A DNA stretch of 64,000 nucleotides, counting the filler, from Conidiobolus incongruus B7586 (Eukaryota), in NCBI GenBank assembly GCA_000697335.1. It is 14 parts of 14 records of this genome, joined end to end, with 100 filler letters (N's around TTAATTAATTAA, not from the genome) between each part and the next. Parts side by side here need not be neighbours in the genome. Positions count along the whole stretch, not along the records: positions 47,057 to 57,394 come from JNEM01006444.1; positions 57,495 to 59,712 come from JNEM01006445.1; positions 59,813 to 61,390 come from JNEM01006457.1; positions 61,491 to 62,749 come from JNEM01006460.1; positions 62,850 to 64,000 come from JNEM01006490.1; 9 more parts are not named here. One strand, 5' to 3'. A program made the translations under genes and the position numbers. Numbering within the stretch: position 1 is the stretch's first letter; each line of letters starts with the position of its first letter. The notes beneath the pieces were generated by a model. The model saw only the letters and a program-made list of their open reading frames with translations. It did not search any database and was not told the DNA's origin. Shown piece after piece: positions 56,932 to 64,000 of the stretch.

Positions 56932-57270
56932 TGTTGTTACTTATATAGTAACCCGCCAGTGCATCTTTGCCTCGCCATCTATTTCCTTATGAAGGTATTG
57001 CCCTGGAAGGCACATCGCTCTACTCTAAATGTCTCTTTCTCTAGAACATCTATCTCGCCTGTAAATACTATCTTTAGCTGACAATTGGGCTATAAAAGAA
57101 TTTATATCATAAGTCTAATTTTTGGAGTTCAACAAATCTCTTACAAGATAATAATATCCGTATATCTTTTTAATAAAGCCTTTGATCTAATATTATCATC
57201 TACTTACAACTACTTACCTACCTCAAGTACTTATTTTATACATATTTAGCAACCTGAATATTACTAATAT
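56932..57270 (+). mobile_element. Possible solo LTR of a second family
   Basis: GC-richer island that starts TGTTGTTAC, with TATAAAA at about 57091 and AATAAA at about 57172. No clean CA end or target duplication was found. Confidence 0.35.
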
Positions 57271-58494
57271 AGGAACTCATTTAAATTATATTATAAATAT
57301 GTATTATTAAATTATAAAATATTATCATATTTCAATATATATATATATATATATATATCAACATAAATTTGATAATAAATATATAATAAAAATTNNNNNN
57401 NNNNNNNNNNNNNNNNNNNNNNNNNNNNNNNNNNNNNNTTAATTAATTAANNNNNNNNNNNNNNNNNNNNNNNNNNNNNNNNNNNNNNNNNNNNGTTTAA
57501 TAATTTTTATTCATTTTAATATTGGTGATATCATTTAAGTTTATAATTTGTTTATATAATTAATTTATTGAAAAACCTTATTATATTAATTAATAATATA
57601 AATTAATATTTTTTTAAATTAAAGACTATTTATTGCTTTAATGAATATTAAGCCTTAAAGCCATATTTTGTATTTACAAAATTAAAATATTTTATAAATA
57701 TATATACTATCACTATTGTTATAATAAATAATTCAATTCTTATATATCGTTTATATTATCATGAAATCGATAATACCTTTTAATATATCCAATATAAATT
57801 TTTAATATTAATGAACTAAGTTATATATTTATTTATTATTAAGCTTAGTAATAACATATTTTCAAAACAATATCATTATAATTTGAATTTTAAATAAATA
57901 TATGAAGAAATACTCCTTTATTTACAAAATAGAAGACACAAACCATTTTATCAATTATTAATTAGAAATATTGTAAAAATCACTAAGGTTGATAGATGAT
58001 AATAATTAAATATAATATTATTAATTATGAAAATGATTAATATATTAAGTAACGAATTAAAGATTTAATTGACGAATTTATAAAATATTATATTTTTTAC
58101 GGTTTATAATAATTATTTAAAAAAAACTTTTTGCTTTAAAATTATATTACTAAATATTGACTCATTATTTAAGATAATAATTGAAAAATATATTCTTTAA
58201 TATTAAATTGAAATAATCAATTTATTTTGCTTGTTTTTATTTTTGTAAAAATTTTTCTTTTATTCAAATTAATCTATTTCAATTTAAAAAATAATCGATA
58301 ATAATATATACTATTATATTTGCAGATATTATTCCATTTTATGTAAAAGTTTTATTGACGTTAATAATAATCTAAATATAAACTATATTATTAAATCTTA
58401 TATATTAAAACCATTATATATAATGAATTTATAGTTGAATTAATAATTGATTTTATTATTATTATCATTATAAATAAATTTTTTAATATAATAT

Positions 58495-59702
58495 AATATA
58501 TATATATATATATTCAATTTTAATTATTTTTTTATTAAAATATTTTGATTTTAAAATTTATATTTAAATTTAATTATATTTAAACTAAATTGTGATTATC
58601 AAGAGGCTTTTATTTTTGTATCTTTAAAACTTAACCATAAACCCTTTAAAATCATCTAAAACTTACAAACAGCTTATAGAGATGGTGTTTTATCTAAAAC
58701 TACCATATATCACTAGATTTGTGATTTTAAAGCTAGAAGGGATATTATTTAAAATTTACTAAAATCTAAAAGACTAATTTCTACTGTTATTTTTTCACTT
58801 ATCAATAAAATAAAAAATATATTAAGAAATACCTTTTTATTTTTGTTAGAGAACTATCAAAGTGATTTAATATTAATTATACAAGCATGTTATATTTACT
58901 TAAGTTTAAACTTAGATTAATTAATAAAAATATAAAATAGATATCTTATAATTTAACAAAAATTTAAAAAAAAACTAGAGTAGTTATAGCTAAATTAAAT
59001 TTATTAAGGTATAACTAAAAATAAAGGTTTTTATAGTTAATACTTATAATTAATAAATTTTAAATTCCTATATATAATTTTTTACTTTAAAATAAAATAA
59101 GTTGTTAGGTTAAGTTAAATTAATCCCCTCTACAAATTCTAATAAATAAGTATTTTAAATATAAGTGAATGTTAATTGTTATAATAAATTATAATGTTAT
59201 ATGGTTTTTTTATTTAATACCTTAAGGAAAATCAATTATTAGTAAATTATATATTGTTTTATTAAATAAAAAAAATTTTAAATGATATTTTTAATATAAA
59301 TTAAAAACACCTATTATTTTATATAATAATTATAAAATATATAAAATTAAAGTTATAAAAGATTTCTTATATAAAAAAAATAAAGGGAGTTACTATATCT
59401 AGTATATTCACTTAATTATAACCTATATAATTATAATTGTTTTAAACAATTAAAAAAACAGCTTATTGGAAAAAAAATTCTTGCAAACAAATTAAATTGG
59501 TTTGTAAAATATTAAATTTGAGTTTTTAATAAAAAGAACTATTTTTTAGATATTAGAAACTTACTAAAAATATAGAAAAAAGTTATTAATAATAAAAAAG
59601 GCTATTAATTCTATATTATTCATTAATTTTTATATATTATTTATTAATTTATTTGTTTAATTTTAATTTCAAAATTATGCTATTATTTAATTTTTGCACT
59701 AA
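58495..59702 (+). mobile_element. Mariner copy I, second subfamily, hypermutated, 5' TIR missing
   Basis: Reverse-complement match to copy C along its length. The 3' end is tttttgcactaa|TA, and similarity begins at the (TA)n tract. Confidence 0.88.
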
Positions 59703-60102
59703 TAATTTATTTNNNNNNNNNNNNNNNNNNNNNNNNNNNNNNNNNNNNNNNNNNNNTTAATTAATTAANNNNNNNNNNNNNNNNNNNNNNNNNNNNNNNN
59801 NNNNNNNNNNNNTAAATTTAATATATTATTAAAAATTAAATCAATGATTTTCAAACAATATAAATATATTATATTATAAGATTTTTATTATTAAACCTAT
59901 TTATATATAAATATGAATCATTAATCTTAAATTTCAATTAAGTTAAAATTTAAAAAAATATCAACTTAATTTATAAAAATAGTATAAAACTATATATGGG
60001 TTAAAAATTTTATAATATTTATTAATAATAAAATGATATTTTAAATAAATAGGAAAAGCAAATTAAATTAAATTAATTGGTTGATTATTTTTAATAACTA
60101 TA

Positions 60103-61390
60103 TACTAACCTACAAAAGTGAGTCATAAAATCAAAATTATTTATATATTTACCTATATTTCAAAAGACTTTTAATTAAATAAATTTAAATTGAAATATAT
60201 AATTTACCTATATTAATTATTATAACTAGCTATATTTGATTATATTTTATTAATTATTGATTAATATATTAAAACCTAGAATTTAATCAACATGAGTTAT
60301 AAATTTATGGGTTTATAAGTTAAAAAGGTATAAATAGCAAAACTTATATATATTTTTTTTTCTTTTGTTATATTATATATATTATATAACTATTAAGCTA
60401 ATATTTTAAAATTAATATTATAATGCTTAAATCTTTCTTTAAAAATATTTACTTATATATTAATCAACTTTATAATAAAAATAAATCAACTTATAAGATT
60501 ATTAGAAATATTAATATAACTTACTCTAATATAGTTTAGGTTATTAAAAAAATATTAAAAAAAATACTTAAATTAAAATTTAAATATATCAAAGCTATAA
60601 ATAAATATAATGAAAGGTATATTTATAGATTAATTAATACAAATAAGTAAAAAAAAATTATAAGATTATATAAAAATATCAGTTAGTATTAATACTATTA
60701 TATATATTTTATATTAGAATAGATATCACTTATATTATAAAAAAACACCTTTAATTAAAGAAGTTTTATTATAAGATTAAGTAAGAGTTTAAATATCAAT
60801 ATTAAATTTAAATTAAAATTAATTAAAGTTATTTCATTTAATAAAACAAAGATATATTTTAATAAATCTAATAAAAAAGCTAGATATTTCAAAAAAGATA
60901 AAAAATTATTATATAGCTATTATATTATTATAACCAAAAAATATATTAGTAGGTTAATTATAATTTAAGGATATATGTTATCTTTAGGTGTAAGATATTT
61001 TTATAAGGTTAATAAGGGAATTGATATCAAAATATATTAAAGTATTTGAAACAATAAATTAAAAAACTATTGAGTAATAAAAATTAAATAAATCAAATAT
61101 TATTTCTTAACAAAATAATACCATTTGTTATACTATAGATTTTGTTATTAAATAGCTTAAAAATAACAAAATAATTATTATAAAATAACCTCTTTAATTA
61201 TTTAATCTTAACCTAATTAAATAACTTTATGATTAACTAAAAAAATTAATTAAAACTTTCCCTTTAATAAAAAATTTAAATTAACTTTAAAAGTATATTT
61301 AAAAAACTTAAAATAATATTATTGTTATTTAATTTAAAAACTAATTAACTTTATATTTTATAAATTTAAAGAAGTTAAAAAAGTTAAAGA
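60103..61390 (+). mobile_element. Hypermutated Tc1-like transposon (5' terminus plus transposase, runs into a gap)
   Basis: Terminus TA|TACTAACCTACAAAAGTGAGTCATAAA. It translates KVISFNKTKI...SNKKAR...TKKYISRLIII*GYM...*QNNTICYT...K*PL*LFNLNLIK, an eroded form of the Tc1 motifs SDExK, KxGGGSxMxWGC, QQDNAxCHT and WPPQSPDLNPIE. Confidence 0.8.
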
Positions 61391-61490
61391 NNNNNNNNNN
61401 NNNNNNNNNNNNNNNNNNNNNNNNNNNNNNNNNNTTAATTAATTAANNNNNNNNNNNNNNNNNNNNNNNNNNNNNNNNNNNNNNNNNNNN

Positions 61491-61761
61491 CATTTATTAT
61501 AAGGAGGTTTGAAATCCAAACTCATTAAATGTCCTCGAATAGATGTCATAGTAAATGAGCAGCTTCTATTTTGAAACTGGTATGGAAAATCCCAGTTAGA
61601 ACAATATGTATCGATTCCAGCTCTCTAATATAACATTATTAGAAAACAATTTTATGTAGCCATAATTTTTTACAAAATACTCTGACAGCACTTCCTTGAG
61701 ATAGTATTTTTGCTAACTCATTAGCCATAGAGGGTTTCTCGGCAACACATAATACTTTCAT
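61491..61761 (-). CDS. top3: DNA topoisomerase III, 5' part (Toprim domain), truncated by an assembly gap
   Basis: MKVLCVAEKPSMANELAKILSQGSAVR, then a 56-nt intron (61625-61680), then RAGIDTYCSNWDFPYQFQNRSCSFTMTSIRGHLMSLDFKPPYNKW. These are the type IA/Top3 motifs VAEK and MTSxxGHL. The ORF track missed this gene. Confidence 0.9.
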
Positions 61762-62628
61762 TGTTATATATTATTTGCTTTGTATTTTATCAAATACGTA
61801 ATATTTATTAAATATAATATAAATAAGAATATAAAATGGTATTATGTAGATTTGGTATAGCGTTATAATAAAAAGGAACTATGGTGATAGAAAATTGACG
61901 AATACCTTCATTAATTTGAAAATACACGGATCACAATTCAATATAATTTGTTAATTAATTATATATTTTTATGGGATGAACCAAATCAAATTTTGGTTAA
62001 TATTATCTAATTATAAAATGACTATATTTGTATGAGTTCATTGTCAAATTTGATTTTAAATAATATACAATTATAATTTATATTATCAATGAAGATTTTT
62101 CCTATCATGTTTTAAAATTTTTTAGGGTAATTAGTTTAATATATTAAGAGAAATAAAATCATTAAAAAACTTTTACAGTAGGAATTTATTAAATTAGTAA
62201 AATGACTATTAGGCAAGAGTTAAAAATTTGTTTGTATTGCTATTATATATTGAAATTTAGCAATTCCTATTGGCTAGTGCTTTACAATTGCTTTTTTGGC
62301 CCAAAAATCTATAGTGATGATATTCTTGAAAATCATTTTAAAATCAATATATTATATTCAGATTCTATAAATATATATATATGTAATTATTTTAAAGAAT
62401 TTGAATAATCTATATCTTTCCAATATTGAAAATTGTTATTATTTATTTATAATTATAATTATTGGTATCTAATAGTAAAAAAATCATAGGAATTTAATTT
62501 AAAGTATATATAATATTACAACTTAACTATATTTCTTATTAAGGGTAAACTAGATAGCTTTACCATTATTTTAAACTTGTTAACTATCAATTTATCAAAT
62601 TATCTTATAATTCACTCAATATTATATA

Positions 62629-62749
62629 TTATCTTAAATTTAAAATAATGGGAAATTTTTTAATTTCTGATTTTTCATATATATTATTAGTTTAGAATTA
62701 ATAAATATATACAAAGCTAATAGGAAATTATATATTTTTAATATATATA
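62629..62749 (+). mobile_element. Mariner 5' terminal fragment at a contig end
   Basis: TA|ttatcttaaatttaaaataatgggaaattttttaatttctgattttt followed by the 5' UTR up to the (TA)n. Confidence 0.85.
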
Positions 62750-62849
62750 NNNNNNNNNNNNNNNNNNNNNNNNNNNNNNNNNNNNNNNNNNNNTTAATTA
62801 ATTAANNNNNNNNNNNNNNNNNNNNNNNNNNNNNNNNNNNNNNNNNNNN

Positions 62850-63007
62850 TAATTAATAACTAAATATCATCATTTAATGATATATATAACTAATAAATAT
62901 AATAGATTTTAATTATTTAATTTAGGTTTATTTCATTAAATATTAATCAAGTTATTAGTAAAAATATAGGTGTTTTTGATTTTATAACTCACCTTTGCAG
63001 GTTAGTG
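62850..63007 (+). mobile_element. Tc1-like 3' terminus, apparently inserted into a gypsy integrase relic
   Basis: Near-identical reverse complement of 28808-28965, ending ...ctcacctttgcaggttagtg. Confidence 0.8.
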
Positions 63008-63950
63008 AATTAAAGAACTAAATATAATACCTAATTAAAATATAATTAACTTTTCTTTAATAAGTCTTTAATAAAATATTATAGCAAATCTAAATTAATT
63101 TTATTAAAATTCTAAAGTTAACAAATAATTATAGTTATTTATTAATTACTTTGAAATTATTTTTTAAATATATTTATTTTATTCTATATTTTAAAACTTT
63201 TATAATTAAAGATATTATATAATTATTAATCTTTAATATTTTTATTTATAATAAGGTTTTACAAATTATTATATTCAATAAAAATATATAATTTAATCAT
63301 TAATTTTAAAATTTATTATCTTTTTTCCTTAAGATTAACCTAGTTATATTTATTATTAATTATTATTAAACTAATAAACTTATTGAAATAACTATTAAAA
63401 TCTTAAAGCAAATAATTAAAGCTTATATTAACATTAATTAATTAAATTAAGATATTTATATCTATTAATTTTAATATTTATTTAACATCTTTATTAATAA
63501 ATCAATAAGTTTTAACTTTTATTTTATTAATTATAGTAAATATCTAAACTTAATAATTACTTTAAAACTTTAAATTAATTTATCTTTAAATATAATTAAA
63601 TTCTAGTTTAATATTAAATATATTAATTCCTTTATCAAATTTAACTTAAAAAAATTAAAAGATTATAAATAACAATATTTAAAGCTTTTTAAAAAACCAC
63701 TTAAATATAAATCTAATATATTTGTTTATTTAGAATAATTTACCTTAAAACTTAACTTATTTAAATCTAGCCAAAATCTAAAATATTTATTTATTTATTA
63801 TAATCCCTATATAATTAAATCTATTAATTGAAATTTTAAGAAAATTATTTTAGAATTATATTTAACTTTCAGGATTAACCTTATCCTTTATATATCTAAA
63901 ATTTAACCTTATTTTGAAGATTTTAATATATTTCTTAATTAATTAATAAC
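63008..63950 (+). mobile_element. Second hypermutated gypsy integrase relic
   Basis: Colinear with about 8730-9640 (e.g. aataaacttatt.aaa.aa.tattaaaa.cttaaagcaaataattaaa). Confidence 0.75.
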
Positions 63951-64000
63951 TTTAAAAATGAATTTAATTATTAATTCAGAAAAAAAACATTATTATATTA

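Larger units (their letters stand above)
6736..62849. other. 13 artificial assembly linkers (N44-TTAATTAATTAA-N44)
   Basis: Identical 100-nt spacers with stop codons in all six frames, at about 6736, 8459, 10439, 24210, 28378, 30110, 31718, 42091, 46957, 57395, 59713, 61391 and 62750. They are not biological, and adjacency across them is uncertain. Confidence 0.97.

Noticed and set aside
62202..62408. 68-aa ORF upstream of TOP3
   Set aside because: Its composition matches AT-rich intergenic DNA and it has no recognisable features.
62995..63007. Terminus reads CACTA on the minus strand, suggesting a CACTA/EnSpm element
   Set aside because: The linked transposase has Tc1 motifs, and the other two termini are flanked by TA.
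1..64000. CRISPR arrays, rRNA genes or prokaryotic defence operons
   Set aside because: None seen; the sequence is eukaryotic with spliceosomal introns.

Overview
Very AT-rich, gene-sparse eukaryotic DNA from a fungus. It carries a Zn2Cys6 factor, a Con7-type C2H2 factor and 50-58 nt GT-AG introns; an early-diverging lineage such as Entomophthoromycotina is plausible but cannot be shown from this window. The window is contigs joined by 13 artificial 100-nt N/TTAATTAATTAA/N linkers. Host genes: a 13-exon acetyl-CoA synthetase, a Zn2Cys6 TF, a Con7-like C2H2 TF, the 5' end of topoisomerase III, two small orphan genes head-to-head, a decayed RCC1-repeat gene, a pseudo-tRNA-Val, and a three-copy tandem family of an unknown multi-pass membrane protein (one intact, one split by a mariner, one pseudogene). 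Much of the rest is transposon debris: about 10 DD34D mariner copies or fragments, a Tc1-like element with IR/DR-type ends, and a Ty3/Gypsy chromovirus with solo LTRs. The strongest signal is dense C->T/G->A hypermutation on both strands of the transposons. It appears to leak about 250 bp into a neighbouring host gene while sparing the rest of a near-identical host duplicate, suggesting a RIP-like or methylation-coupled genome-defence process.
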